Source: Candidatus Bipolaricaulota bacterium
GTDB taxonomy: Bacteria > Bipolaricaulota > Bipolaricaulia > Bipolaricaulales > Bipolaricaulaceae
Direction of reading: 5' to 3'
DNA length: 27,319 bases
Assembly (NCBI GenBank): GCA_021163465.1
Contig: JAGGWU010000187.1
Coordinates: 1 to 27,319, forward strand
Position numbers and translations under genes: made by a program. Position 1 is the stretch's first letter. The number at the start of each line of letters is the position of its first letter. Below the pieces are notes generated by a model. That model ran no database searches and was not told the origin of the DNA. It saw only the letters and a program-made list of their open reading frames with translations. Positions 15,918 through 25,161 of this stretch are shown in pieces.

Positions 15918-16556
15918 ATGCGAGTTTCGGCAATCATCCCGGCCTTCAATGAGGCCGATCGTATCGGAAAGGTCCTCGAACCCCTCAAGGAAGTACCCGA
16001 GGTGGAAGAGATCATCGTCGTTGACGATGGCTCCTCCGATGGCACCGCGGATGTGGCACAGGCCCATGGGGTCAAGGTGATCCGGCTTCCCGAGAACAAG
16101 GGGAAGGCGTTGGCCCTTGATGCAGGGGTTAGGGCGGCGAAGAACGAGCTTCTCCTCTTCCTCGACGCCGATCTCACTGGGCTTCGGCCGGAGCACATAA
16201 GGAAGCTACTGGACGCGTATAGGGATGGGGGTGCGGATATCGTGATCGGTGTCTTCAAGGAAGGTCGGGCCGCCACCGACTTCTCCATGAAGATCGCTCC
16301 CTTCCTCTCGGGACAAAGGGTGCTACATCGACGCGTGTGGGAGAGGGCGCGGAAGGTGCTGGACGAGGAGACCTCGTTCGGGGCCGAAATTGCCCTCACC
16401 AAGGCGGCCCTGAAGGAAGGCTGGAAGCACCGCCGCGTGACCCTGGAGGGTGTTTCCCACGTACGCAAGGAGGAAAAGCATGGCTTTTGGGAGGGCCTCA
16501 TACATCGGCTTGCCATGTATCGTGATATCCTTCGCACGGTCTTCCGCAGGCTCTGA
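15918..16556 (+). CDS. Glycosyltransferase family 2 protein
   Basis: IIPAFNEA, IIVVDDGSSDGT, NKGKALA, LFLDADL (DxD), LSGQR. Confidence 0.9.
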   Translation: MRVSAIIPAFNEADRIGKVLEPLKEVPEVEEIIVVDDGSSDGTADVAQAHGVKVIRLPENKGKALALDAGVRAAKNELLLFLDADLTGLRPEHIRKLLDAYRDGGADIVIGVFKEGRAATDFSMKIAPFLSGQRVLHRRVWERARKVLDEETSFGAEIALTKAALKEGWKHRRVTLEGVSHVRKEEKHGFWEGLIHRLAMYRDILRTVFRRL

Positions 16557-16565
16557 GGTGATGCG

Positions 16566-17012
16566 GTGAGGATCGCTATCGGGGCGGATCACGCCGGCTT
16601 CCAGCTCAAGGAAGCACTGATAAAAGGGGTGTTGGCTCCATATGAGGTGTTGGACCTCGGCACCCATTCTCCCCATGAGCCCGTGGACTACCCCGAGTAC
16701 GCCTTCGCCGTCGCCGAGGCGGTAGCGGGAGAGAGGGCCGAATACGGTATCCTCGTCTGTGGGACGGGTATAGGGATGGCCATGGCCGCGGCCCGGATCC
16801 CGGGGATCCGGGCCGCCACGTGCACCAACGTCTTCATGGCCCGCATGGCCCGGGCCCACAACAACGCCAACGTATTATGCCTTGGGGGTAGGGTCCTCGG
16901 GATTGGGCTGGCGGAGGAGATCGTGCGTGTCTTCCTTACCACCCCGTTCGAGGGCGGGCGTCACGCCCGTCGTCTGGCGCTCATCTTTGGAGGACCCCAA
17001 AGGAGGGGGTGA
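16566..17012 (+). CDS. rpiB: Ribose-5-phosphate isomerase B
   Basis: IAIGADHAG, DYP, ILVCGTGIGM, ARAHNNANVLCLGGRV, FEGGRHARR. Confidence 0.95.
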   Translation: MRIAIGADHAGFQLKEALIKGVLAPYEVLDLGTHSPHEPVDYPEYAFAVAEAVAGERAEYGILVCGTGIGMAMAAARIPGIRAATCTNVFMARMARAHNNANVLCLGGRVLGIGLAEEIVRVFLTTPFEGGRHARRLALIFGGPQRRG

Positions 17013-18274
17013 TGGGGATGGAATTGGCGGAAATCCGCAACAAACCTCTCGATGAACTCGTGGAGCTCGCAAAGGAACTGGGAATAAACGGAACCGGTGA
17101 GATGGGGCTATATGAACTCCAACTCGCGGTGGTGAAGTCCTTTGCCTCCCGTGAGGAGCTTTATGCCGAAGGGGTCTTGGAGATCGTGACCTCCGACAAC
17201 AACACCTTCTTCGGCTTCCTCCGGGACAAATCCTGCCTCCCCTCCCGCTATGACGTCTACGTTTCCCCCTCCCAAATCCGGCGTTTCAACTTGAAGAACG
17301 GCGACATCGTCCGGGGGTTGGTGCGTCCGCCGAAGAACGGGGAGAAGTACTTTGCCCTTCTCAGGGTGGACGAAGTGGACGGGAAAGATCCCGAGGTGGT
17401 TCGCCGCCGCCGCGATTTCCACGAGCTCACCCCATTACACCCCAACGAGCAGTACGTTCTGGAACACGACCCGGACGAGCTCTCCACCCGGATGATCGAT
17501 CTCTTCGCCCCCATCGGGAAGGGACAGCGGGGCCTGATCGTCTCGCCCCCCAAGGCGGGAAAGACCACCCTCCTCAAGCACATCGCCCAGGGGATCGAGG
17601 AGAACTACCCCGACGTCAAGCTCCTGATCCTCTTGGTGGCGGAGCGTCCCGAGGAGGTCACCGACTTCAAGAGGTCGGTGCGGCGGGCAGAAGTGGTGGC
17701 CGCCACCTTCGACATGGAACCCCACCACCACACCCGGGTGGCGGAGCTGGTGACCGCCGAGGCCAAGCGCTTGGTGGAGGTAGGGTACGATGTGGTGATC
17801 TTGATGGACTCCCTGACGCGCCTCGCCCGGGCGTATAACCTCTCGGTTACTCCATCCGGGAAGCTGCTTTCGGGCGGCATCGATCCCACCGCCCTCTACA
17901 AGCCCAAGGAGTTCTTCGGGGCGGCGCGGAACATCGAGGAAGGGGGATCCCTCACCATCATCGCCACCGCCCTCATCGACACAGGCTCCCGTCTGGACCA
18001 GGTGGTATTCGAGGAGTTCAAGGGGACGGGGAACATGGAGCTCGTCCTCAACCGGGACCTGGCCAACAAGAGGATCTTCCCGGCCATCGACCTGCTTCAG
18101 TCCGGGACGAGAAAAGAGGAACTCCTGCTCGAGCCGGATGTCCTTCGCAAGGTCCACATCCTGCGGCAGTTAATCGGTAACATGGAACCGGAACAGGCGC
18201 TCCTTTTCATCATGAACAAGATGAGGCAGACCAAGGACAACAAGCAGTTCCTGGAGCTCATGAACAGTGAGTAA
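17012..18274 (+). CDS. rho: Transcription termination factor Rho
   Basis: [102 protein letters not shown]. Start is ATG 17012 or 17018; AGGAGG at 17001. Confidence 0.98.
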   Translation: MGMELAEIRNKPLDELVELAKELGINGTGEMGLYELQLAVVKSFASREELYAEGVLEIVTSDNNTFFGFLRDKSCLPSRYDVYVSPSQIRRFNLKNGDIVRGLVRPPKNGEKYFALLRVDEVDGKDPEVVRRRRDFHELTPLHPNEQYVLEHDPDELSTRMIDLFAPIGKGQRGLIVSPPKAGKTTLLKHIAQGIEENYPDVKLLILLVAERPEEVTDFKRSVRRAEVVAATFDMEPHHHTRVAELVTAEAKRLVEVGYDVVILMDSLTRLARAYNLSVTPSGKLLSGGIDPTALYKPKEFFGAARNIEEGGSLTIIATALIDTGSRLDQVVFEEFKGTGNMELVLNRDLANKRIFPAIDLLQSGTRKEELLLEPDVLRKVHILRQLIGNMEPEQALLFIMNKMRQTKDNKQFLELMNSE

Positions 18275-19121
18275 AGAGCTTTTGGTGATAATCCTGGCGC
18301 TGGTCCTCTTGCCCCTGGCGGTGGTGGGTGTCCTCGACGTCCCTTCCGAGCCGCCCCAGAAAGACCTGGGTGGCCCGTTGGGTATCTCGCCCGCCCAACC
18401 CTTCACCACCTACCGGGTGCGGCCGGGGGACACCCTCGCGGGCCTCTCCCGTCGCTACGGTATCCCAATCGAGTACATCCAGGCCAGCAATTACATCGCC
18501 GATCCCAAGGAGCTCCGGGCTGGATCGGTGATCGTGCTTCCCCGGGGAGGGGTCGTTCACGTGGTGAAGGAGGGGCAGACCTTAAGCGATATCGCCGCGG
18601 CTTACGGCGTAAGCGAGTTCGACATCATCGCCGCCAACGATCTCGCGGGGTTGCCGCTTCCGGGGGATAAGCTCCTCATTCCACACCCTGCTTCCATCCC
18701 CTGGCTGGAGGCATTGAAGCTCGGTTGGCGCCCCGATTCCCGCTTTATCTGGCCCCTACGGGGTCGGCTCACCTCCCTCTTCGGCCCCCGGATACATCCC
18801 ATCTTCGGCACCCCAGATTTCCATACCGGGATTGACTTCGCTGTGCCCGAGGGAACGGAGGTACACGCCGCCGCCGCGGGAAAGGTGAGCTTCGCCGGGG
18901 AGCGGGGCGGATACGGCCTTTTGGTGGTGGTGGAGCATGGGGACGGCTTTTCCACTTACTATGCCCACCTTTCGCGTATCCTGGTGGAAGCGGGACAGTT
19001 CGTGGAACAGGGACAGGTGATCGCCCTATCCGGCAATACCGGCATCTCCACCGGGCCACACCTGCACTTCGAGATCCGCCGCCACGGGAAGCCCGTGGAT
19101 CCCCTGCCGTGGCTTCCGTGA
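18267..19121 (+). CDS. LysM x2 plus M23 family metallopeptidase (peptidoglycan endopeptidase) with N-terminal membrane or signal segment
   Basis: Hydrophobic N-terminus; YRVRPGDTL and HVVKEGQTL LysM repeats; HTGIDF (HxxxD), YAHL, STGPHLHFE (HxH). Confidence 0.92.
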   Translation: MSKELLVIILALVLLPLAVVGVLDVPSEPPQKDLGGPLGISPAQPFTTYRVRPGDTLAGLSRRYGIPIEYIQASNYIADPKELRAGSVIVLPRGGVVHVVKEGQTLSDIAAAYGVSEFDIIAANDLAGLPLPGDKLLIPHPASIPWLEALKLGWRPDSRFIWPLRGRLTSLFGPRIHPIFGTPDFHTGIDFAVPEGTEVHAAAAGKVSFAGERGGYGLLVVVEHGDGFSTYYAHLSRILVEAGQFVEQGQVIALSGNTGISTGPHLHFEIRRHGKPVDPLPWLP

Positions 19122-20362
19122 TGGTCATCCGGGGCGGCCGACCCCTTTCGGGTCGGGTGGAGGTCTCCGGGGCCAAGAACGCCGTCCTCCCCGCCATCGT
19201 GGCCTCCCTCCTCATCGATGAACCACTGACGATCGGAAACGTCCCCGACCTCAGGGATGTGGAGACCCAACTGGCCTTGGTAGAGGCCCTGGGCAAAGCG
19301 ATAAGCCGGGATGGGGATACCCTCGTCATAACGGGCGAGGCTTCGCGCGCGGAGGCCCCGGAGGAGGTGGTCTCCAGGATGCGGGCCTCCTTCCTTTGTC
19401 TCGGTCCGCTCCTTGCCCGCTTCGGGGAGGCCCACGTGCCCCTCCCCGGCGGATGCGTCATCGGGGCCCGTCCGGTGGACCTGCACCTTGAGGGGCTGCG
19501 GAGGCTGGGGGCGGAGGTGGAGGTGTGCGAGGGGGTGGTGCACGCCCGCGGGAGGCTCCACGGGGGCGAGGTCTGGCTGCGTTATCCTTCCGTGGGCGCG
19601 ACGGAACAGCTGCTCCTCGCGGGGGCGGTGATACCCGAGCCGGTGGAGGTGGTTAATCCGGCGCGGGAGCCGGAGGTGATGGACTTGGCGCGGCTCCTCT
19701 CGGCCATGGGGGCCGAGATCTCCTTCTCCGAGGACAGGATCACGATCCAAGGGGGGAAATTGCGGGGCACGGGGCACCATGTGATACCCGACAGGATCGA
19801 GGCCGGGACGTATCTCCTCGCGGGGGCGATCACCGGGGGAGAGGTGGAAGTGGCGGGCGCCCGTCCGGAACACCTCACCGCCCTCTTGGTCAAGCTGGAG
19901 GAATGTGGCGTTGGGATCGCTGTTGAGGGGCGGACCATCTGCCTGAAGGCCCGGGTCCCCTGGTCCGGGGTGGAGGTGGAGACCGCCCCCTATCCCGGCT
20001 TTCCCACAGACCTCCAGCCCCAGTTCACATCTTTCCTTGCGCTTGCCCGGGGGCGGAGCGTGATCTGGGAGCGGGTGTTCGAATCCCGGTTCGGGCACGT
20101 GGGGGAGCTCCTGAGGATGGGGGCCCGAATCACCCTCCAGGGACAGGCCATCCTCATCGAGGGGGTGGAGGGCTTGCGGGGGGCGGAGGTGGTGGCCACC
20201 GATATCCGCGCCGGGGCCGCGTTGGTGCTGGCGGGCCTCGCCGCTCACGGGGAAACCAGGATAAACGGACTGGACCACCTGCGACGGGGATATGAGAATA
20301 TAGAGGGGAAGCTAGCCCAACTCGGGGCGGAGGTATGGGTAGAGGAACTCAACGTTACTTGA
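19118..20362 (+). CDS. murA: UDP-N-acetylglucosamine 1-carboxyvinyltransferase
   Basis: SGAKNA, MRAS, LPGGCVIGARPVDLH (active-site Cys present), PSVGATE, DRIEAGT, PGFPTDLQPQ, FESRF, TDIRAGA, RGYE. Start is GTG 19118 or ATG 19121. Confidence 0.96.
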   Translation: MMVIRGGRPLSGRVEVSGAKNAVLPAIVASLLIDEPLTIGNVPDLRDVETQLALVEALGKAISRDGDTLVITGEASRAEAPEEVVSRMRASFLCLGPLLARFGEAHVPLPGGCVIGARPVDLHLEGLRRLGAEVEVCEGVVHARGRLHGGEVWLRYPSVGATEQLLLAGAVIPEPVEVVNPAREPEVMDLARLLSAMGAEISFSEDRITIQGGKLRGTGHHVIPDRIEAGTYLLAGAITGGEVEVAGARPEHLTALLVKLEECGVGIAVEGRTICLKARVPWSGVEVETAPYPGFPTDLQPQFTSFLALARGRSVIWERVFESRFGHVGELLRMGARITLQGQAILIEGVEGLRGAEVVATDIRAGAALVLAGLAAHGETRINGLDHLRRGYENIEGKLAQLGAEVWVEELNVT

Positions 20363-21678
20363 TCGAGGACTATCTCGGCCGCCGGGCCCGGGTCTATGGC
20401 GGAGAGAAGGCCATCCTCGTGGGGATCCTTCCCCCGGGGGCGGCGGAGGAGGAGCGGGAGACCTTCGAGGAGCTCCGGGCGTTGGCCTATACCGCCGGGA
20501 TCTTCGTGGTGGGGCAGCTCCTCCAGCGCCGCGCGCGCCCCGATCCCGCTACCTTCATCGGCAGGGGAAAGGCGGAGGAGCTCCGTTCACTGGCCGAGGC
20601 CTTCGGCGCCGATACGGCCCTTTTCAACGACGAGCTCTCCCCCGATCAGGCCCGTACCCTGGAGGAGCTCACCGGCCTCAAGATCGTGGACCGTACCCAG
20701 CTCATCCTGGATATCTTCGCCCAACGGGCCGGGACCCGGGAGGCGGAGCTGGCGGTGGAGTTGGCCCAGCTCGAGTACCTCCTTCCCCGGTTACGGGGCT
20801 GGGGTAAGGCCCTCACCAACCCCGGAGGCGGGATCGGCACCATGGGGCCGGGCGAGACCAAGATGGAGATCGAGCGCCGCAAGGTGAAGCGGCGCATCCA
20901 GGCCATCCGGCGGGCCCTGCGGGAAGCGGACAGGGTCCGCGAGCTGCGCCGAAAGCGCCGCTTGCGGAGCCCCATCCCCAAGGTGGCCATCGTGGGTTAC
21001 ACCAACTCCGGCAAATCCACCCTCTTCCGTCGCCTCACCGGGGAGGAGGTCTTGGTGGAGGACAAGCTCTTCGCTACCTTGGACACCAAGGTAAGGAAGG
21101 TGGCCCTGGCCGAGGGGCGTTACGTCTTGGTGAGCGACACGGTGGGTTTCATCAGGAAGCTCCCCCACCAGCTTATCCCCGCCTTCCGGGCCACCATGGA
21201 GGCCGCCCGGGAAGCGGATCTCCTGCTCAACGTCTTGGACGCCTCGTCTCCCCGGCTGATCGAACACTTCCGGGCCGTGGAGAGGATCTTGGCGGAGGAG
21301 GTCTTCGCTCCCGATGAGCCGAGGCCCCCGATCCTTCACGTCCTGAACAAGATCGATCTCGTGAGGGATCCCCGCCAGGAAGCGCTGCTTTCGGAGCTAC
21401 AGCTGGAGCTTGAGCGGTATGTGGAGCTCTCGGCCCGCCTGGGGTGGGGGCTGGAGGGGCTCAAGGCCGCGATGGCGGAGATACTGGGGGATCGATGGGC
21501 GGACGTGCGGGCCCTGGTTCCCTACGATAGGGGTGAGCTCCTGGCGGATCTCGCCCGGCTGGGGAAGCTCGAGGTGGTGGGAGGCCAGGATGGGGGGCTC
21601 TTGGTCCATTTGGTCCTCCCGCGCGAGGAACTCCCCCGCTTGCGGGGAGTTCCGGGGTTGGTGCTGATGGAGGCCTGA
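20359..21678 (+). CDS. hflX: Ribosome-splitting GTPase HflX
   Basis: FIGRGKAEEL, DRTQLILDIFAQRA, LAQLEYLLPRL, GPGETKME, GYTNSGKSTL, KLFATLD, DTVGFI, NKID. Start placed at TTG 20359, overlapping the murA stop. Confidence 0.96.
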   Translation: MIEDYLGRRARVYGGEKAILVGILPPGAAEEERETFEELRALAYTAGIFVVGQLLQRRARPDPATFIGRGKAEELRSLAEAFGADTALFNDELSPDQARTLEELTGLKIVDRTQLILDIFAQRAGTREAELAVELAQLEYLLPRLRGWGKALTNPGGGIGTMGPGETKMEIERRKVKRRIQAIRRALREADRVRELRRKRRLRSPIPKVAIVGYTNSGKSTLFRRLTGEEVLVEDKLFATLDTKVRKVALAEGRYVLVSDTVGFIRKLPHQLIPAFRATMEAAREADLLLNVLDASSPRLIEHFRAVERILAEEVFAPDEPRPPILHVLNKIDLVRDPRQEALLSELQLELERYVELSARLGWGLEGLKAAMAEILGDRWADVRALVPYDRGELLADLARLGKLEVVGGQDGGLLVHLVLPREELPRLRGVPGLVLMEA

Positions 21679-21679
21679 G

Positions 21680-22756
21680 ATGGGGTTCTTTGAAGCGGAA
21701 GTGCTGGGCAATCCCCTGTGGAAGTACATCGCCCTCTTCGGGTCCCTCCTTGCCGCCGGGGTCCTGCACTTCGTGATACAGCGCCTCCTCCACCGGGCAC
21801 TCAAGCTCAGGGCCGTGCCCGAGGGGGTGGAACGCAGCGTCCGGGTCCTCTTCGGACGTCCCTTGGGGGCGCTCCTTTTCCTTTTGGCCCTGTGGGCAGG
21901 CATCAACCTCTTTGCGCTTCCCGCCGCCGCGGCCGGGGTGGTGCGGGGGCTGTTCATCACCGCCCTCACCGTGGTGGGGATCTACATCATCACCAAGCTC
22001 GTGGACCTCCTCTTTTCGCTTTGGCGGGAGAGGGCCAAGCGTACCGAGACCCGCCTGGACGACCAGGTGATCCCCATCCTCTCCAAGGTCACCAAGTTCG
22101 CCATCTGGGCCATCGGGATACTCCTTGTCCTCCAGAACCTCGGCTACAACGTCACCAGCCTCTTGGCGGGGCTGGGGATCGGGGGCCTGGCGGTGGCGTT
22201 GGCGGCCCAGGAGACCCTCTCCAACTTCCTCGGGGCGTTGGCGATCCTGGTGGACCGGCCTTGCGAGGTGGGAGACCGGGTGGACCTCGACCAACTCGGC
22301 ATAAAGGGGACCGTCGAGGCCATTGGGCTGCGTTCCACCCGAGTGCGCACCCTGGACGGGACGCTGGTCTCCATCCCCAACCGCACCATGGCCAATACCG
22401 TGATCAACAACGTGGCCAAAAGGCCCACCATCAAGAACGAATACGTGATCGGGATCGTCTACGACACCCCCTACGAGAAGATCCTCGAGGCCCTTAGGAT
22501 CCTTCGTGAGATCCTGGCCAACCACCCCAGCACCGCCAACTACCGTGCTTACTTCAAGGAGTACGGGCCCTATTCCCTCAACATCGTGGTGACCCACTGG
22601 TGCAAGTACACCGACTGGGAGGAGTTCCTCAAGGCCACCGAAGAGATAAACCTGGAGATAAAGCGGCGGTTTGAGGAAGCGGGAATCGAGTTCGCGTTTC
22701 CCACCCAGACCGTTCAGCTGGTGGGCTCCCCCCCGCCGGGAACTACGGGCTCCTGA
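21680..22756 (+). CDS. mscS: Small-conductance mechanosensitive channel family protein (MscS/YnaI-like)
   Basis: Multiple transmembrane helices, LLAGLGIGGLAVALAAQETLSN, GDRV, GTVEAIGLRSTRVRT, IPN, GIEFAFPT. Confidence 0.92.
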   Translation: MGFFEAEVLGNPLWKYIALFGSLLAAGVLHFVIQRLLHRALKLRAVPEGVERSVRVLFGRPLGALLFLLALWAGINLFALPAAAAGVVRGLFITALTVVGIYIITKLVDLLFSLWRERAKRTETRLDDQVIPILSKVTKFAIWAIGILLVLQNLGYNVTSLLAGLGIGGLAVALAAQETLSNFLGALAILVDRPCEVGDRVDLDQLGIKGTVEAIGLRSTRVRTLDGTLVSIPNRTMANTVINNVAKRPTIKNEYVIGIVYDTPYEKILEALRILREILANHPSTANYRAYFKEYGPYSLNIVVTHWCKYTDWEEFLKATEEINLEIKRRFEEAGIEFAFPTQTVQLVGSPPPGTTGS

Positions 22757-23528
22757 CCTCCTCCCACGGGATCTCCACCCGGCTCCCGTCCGGGCGTTCC
22801 AAGGTGACGGTGCCCCGGAAGATGTTGTAGGAAATCACCCGCCCCTCCATCTCCCCTATCCGCACCTTCTTCCCCACCCTGGGGAGACCCTCCAACAGCT
22901 CTTTGTAGTGGGAGTGTTCGAAGGCGAGGCAACACCGAAGCCTCCCGCAGATCCCCGTGAGGCGCTGGGGGGCGATGACCAGGCTCTGGTCGAAGGCCAT
23001 CTTCAGGGTGATGGGCTTGAACTCGCGCAGGAACACGGAACAGCAGGTTTCACGGCCGCACACCCCGATCCCGCCCACCATCCGGGCCGCGTCCCTGGGC
23101 CCCACTTGGCGCAGCTCCACCCGCGCCTGGAACGCCCGGGAAAGGAGCTTCACCAGGTTCCTGAAATCCACCCGTTGGGGCGCGGTGAAAAATAGGCGGA
23201 TGAAATCCCCGTGCAGGGTCTGTTCCGCGGCCACGAACTTCATGGGAAGCCCGAGCCGCTTCGCCTCCCGCTGGGCGATGCGGCGACGGTCCTCGGCGAT
23301 CCTTCTCCCCTCTTCGTGGGCCTTAAGCTCGGTGGGCCCTGCGGGCCGCAAAAGCACACAGCGGCTTCCCCCTTCTTGGGGGCGACAATGCGTTATTCTC
23401 ACCAACCACAACCGCCCCCCTTCCCGCTCCAGCCATATCTGGCCGGGCTTGGGTGCCTTCCCCCTCTCCACCCGCGCCAGATGGCAGTCGGGCCAGGGGA
23501 CCAACTTCCTCACCGCTACGAACCCCAT
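22743..23528 (-). CDS. ricT: PSP1 domain protein (RicT/YaaT, stage 0 sporulation family)
   Basis: FFTAPQRVDFRNLVK, VELRQVGPRD, GIGVCGRETCCSVF, AFDQ, GICGRLRCCLAFE (Cys ligands). Directly after holB, as in the holB-yaaT arrangement. Start placed at ATG 23528. Confidence 0.9.
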   Translation of the reverse strand: MGFVAVRKLVPWPDCHLARVERGKAPKPGQIWLEREGGRLWLVRITHCRPQEGGSRCVLLRPAGPTELKAHEEGRRIAEDRRRIAQREAKRLGLPMKFVAAEQTLHGDFIRLFFTAPQRVDFRNLVKLLSRAFQARVELRQVGPRDAARMVGGIGVCGRETCCSVFLREFKPITLKMAFDQSLVIAPQRLTGICGRLRCCLAFEHSHYKELLEGLPRVGKKVRIGEMEGRVISYNIFRGTVTLERPDGSRVEIPWEEVRSP

Positions 23529-24412
23529 CGTGGCCAAAGGAGAACGACCTCCAAAAGAAGCCTCAAGTTAGCGTTCGCCTCCACCTCCGCTTTCGCCAGG
23601 GAAAGGCGACGCAAAAGGTGGCGGCGGCCCTCCGCGGAGAGGTCACACCAACCCTCAGGGGCCTCACTGTAAAGGAAGCGGAAGTACTCGGCAAGGAAGC
23701 GCAGGACCACCTCCCGGCCCCCCCGAGCGAGCCTTTCCGCCGCCCCGAAAAGTTCCGAAACGGGGATCTCGGGGAGCATACGGAGGAAGCACCGTGCAGC
23801 GACACGGCGGCGGATGGGATCGCCCACGTAGGCGATGAACCGGGCGATGAGTTCCTCCGGGGGGAGCTTCCCCAGCTCTTCCTCGGCGTCCCGGGCCTCC
23901 TCCAGGGGGAAGCGCCGGTCCCTCACGAACGGTCGCAGTGCATCCGGATCGAATTCCAGAAAGTCAAGAAGGTAGGCGCGCTCTTCCTCGTTGTAACCTG
24001 CCTCGGCGAGCCTCTCTGTCCAATACGACCGGTGATCCCCGAACCAAATTGCGCGGCACCGGGAGCGTATGGTGGGAAGCACCCGATCCGGGGCGGTGGC
24101 GTAGAGGATGTAGACGAGGTAGGGGGGAGATTCCTCCAGGGACTTGAGGAGGGCGCTGGCGGCCTCGTGGGTCAGGCGCTCCGCCGGGCCGATCAGGACC
24201 ACTTTGCGGTCCGCCCGCAGGGGGCCATACCGGGCCCACGCCAACGCCTCCCGCACGGCTTCGATCCCGATGGATCCCGTGCCCTTGGGCGCCAGGACCC
24301 AAAGGTCGGGATGGGCCTCGAGGTCCTCATCGCGGAGGACGCGCGCCGCCTCGGCCCGGGCGCCTATCTCCGCCCCCGGCCCCAGGAGGAGGATCGGTGT
24401 GGTGCCTTCCAT
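23516..24412 (-). CDS. holB: DNA polymerase III delta-prime-like clamp loader subunit
   Basis: HPDLWVL, SIGIEAVRE, KVVLIGPAERLTHEAASALLKSLEESP, RVLPTIRSRC (SRC motif), NANLRLLLE. Start placed at ATG 24412. Confidence 0.85.
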   Translation of the reverse strand: MEGTTPILLLGPGAEIGARAEAARVLRDEDLEAHPDLWVLAPKGTGSIGIEAVREALAWARYGPLRADRKVVLIGPAERLTHEAASALLKSLEESPPYLVYILYATAPDRVLPTIRSRCRAIWFGDHRSYWTERLAEAGYNEEERAYLLDFLEFDPDALRPFVRDRRFPLEEARDAEEELGKLPPEELIARFIAYVGDPIRRRVAARCFLRMLPEIPVSELFGAAERLARGGREVVLRFLAEYFRFLYSEAPEGWCDLSAEGRRHLLRRLSLAKAEVEANANLRLLLEVVLLWPRWGS

Positions 24413-24481
24413 ACCGGCGAAAGCATAGGCCCCTTGAGGCCGTGGTTCCAGGAAAGGGGCACCGGGGTAAAATGCCCCGCC

Positions 24482-25141
24482 GTGGGGACAAAGGAGGTGC
24501 TCCTTGAGGTATACCGGCGGCTCCTTTCCGCATACGGCCCCCAGGGATGGTGGCCTGGGGAAAGCGCCTTCGAGGTGGCGGTGGGGGCGATCCTCACCCA
24601 GGCCACCAACTGGAGGAACGCTGCCAAAGCCATCGCCAACCTGAAGGCCGCCGGGGTCCTCTCCCCCGAGGGCCTGTGGCGGATGAGCGCGGCGGAGATC
24701 GCGGAACTCATCCGCCCCGCTGGCTACTTCAATCAGAAGGCCAAAAGGCTTCGGGCTTTCCTCGAGTTGGTGAGGGAACACGGTGGGCTTGTGGAGCTCT
24801 TTTCCCTGCCGACCGAAACGCTCCGGGAAAGGCTCCTCGCGGTGCCGGGCATCGGCCCCGAGACCGCCGATTCCATCGTCCTCTACGCCGCGGAAAAGCC
24901 CTCCTTCGTGATCGACGCCTACACCCGGCGGATCCTCTCCCGCCTGGGGCTGATCCGGGGGCACGAGGGCTATGCGGATCTGAAACGGATGTTCGAGGAG
25001 AACATCCCACGGGATCTCGAGCTCTACAAGGAGTACCACGCCCTCCTCGTCCGTCACGGGAAGGTCCACTGCCGCGCCCGCCCCCGCTGCGGCGGTTGTC
25101 CCTTGGAGGACATGTGTTCCTTTCCACAAAAGAGGGGCTGA
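24482..25141 (+). CDS. Endonuclease III-related HhH-GPD protein with Fe-S cluster (COG2231-like)
   Basis: YGPQGWWP, GAILTQATNW, PAGYFNQKA, VPGIGPETADSI (HhH; Glu where Nth has its lyase Lys), FVIDAYTRR, CRARPRCGGCPLEDMC. Start placed at GTG 24482. Confidence 0.9.
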   Translation: MGTKEVLLEVYRRLLSAYGPQGWWPGESAFEVAVGAILTQATNWRNAAKAIANLKAAGVLSPEGLWRMSAAEIAELIRPAGYFNQKAKRLRAFLELVREHGGLVELFSLPTETLRERLLAVPGIGPETADSIVLYAAEKPSFVIDAYTRRILSRLGLIRGHEGYADLKRMFEENIPRDLELYKEYHALLVRHGKVHCRARPRCGGCPLEDMCSFPQKRG

Positions 25142-25149
25142 AACCCCGT

Positions 25150-25155
25150 TATACT
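25150..25155 (+). promoter_or_regulatory. -10 hexamer positioned for a leaderless transcript of the UvrD-family gene
   Basis: TATACT followed by 6 nt (TTCCCG) and then ATG 25162; no Shine-Dalgarno sequence; no clear -35. Confidence 0.6.
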
Positions 25156-25161
25156 TTCCCG

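Noticed and set aside
19118-20362. Possible fosfomycin-resistant MurA
   Set aside because: The active-site cysteine is present (LPGGCVIG), not the Asp of intrinsically resistant enzymes.
24370-24412. Degenerate Walker A motif in HolB (GPGAEIGAR) as another pseudoenzyme
   Set aside because: Delta-prime subunits normally do not bind ATP, so P-loop decay is expected.
23453-25141. Two long, fully overlapping antisense ORFs (562 aa on +, 537 aa on -)
   Set aside because: They are codon-in-register shadows of two divergent GC-rich genes. Only 24482-25141 (+) and 23516-24412 (-) carry recognisable motifs; the extensions are what is expected when TTA, CTA and TCA codons are rare.
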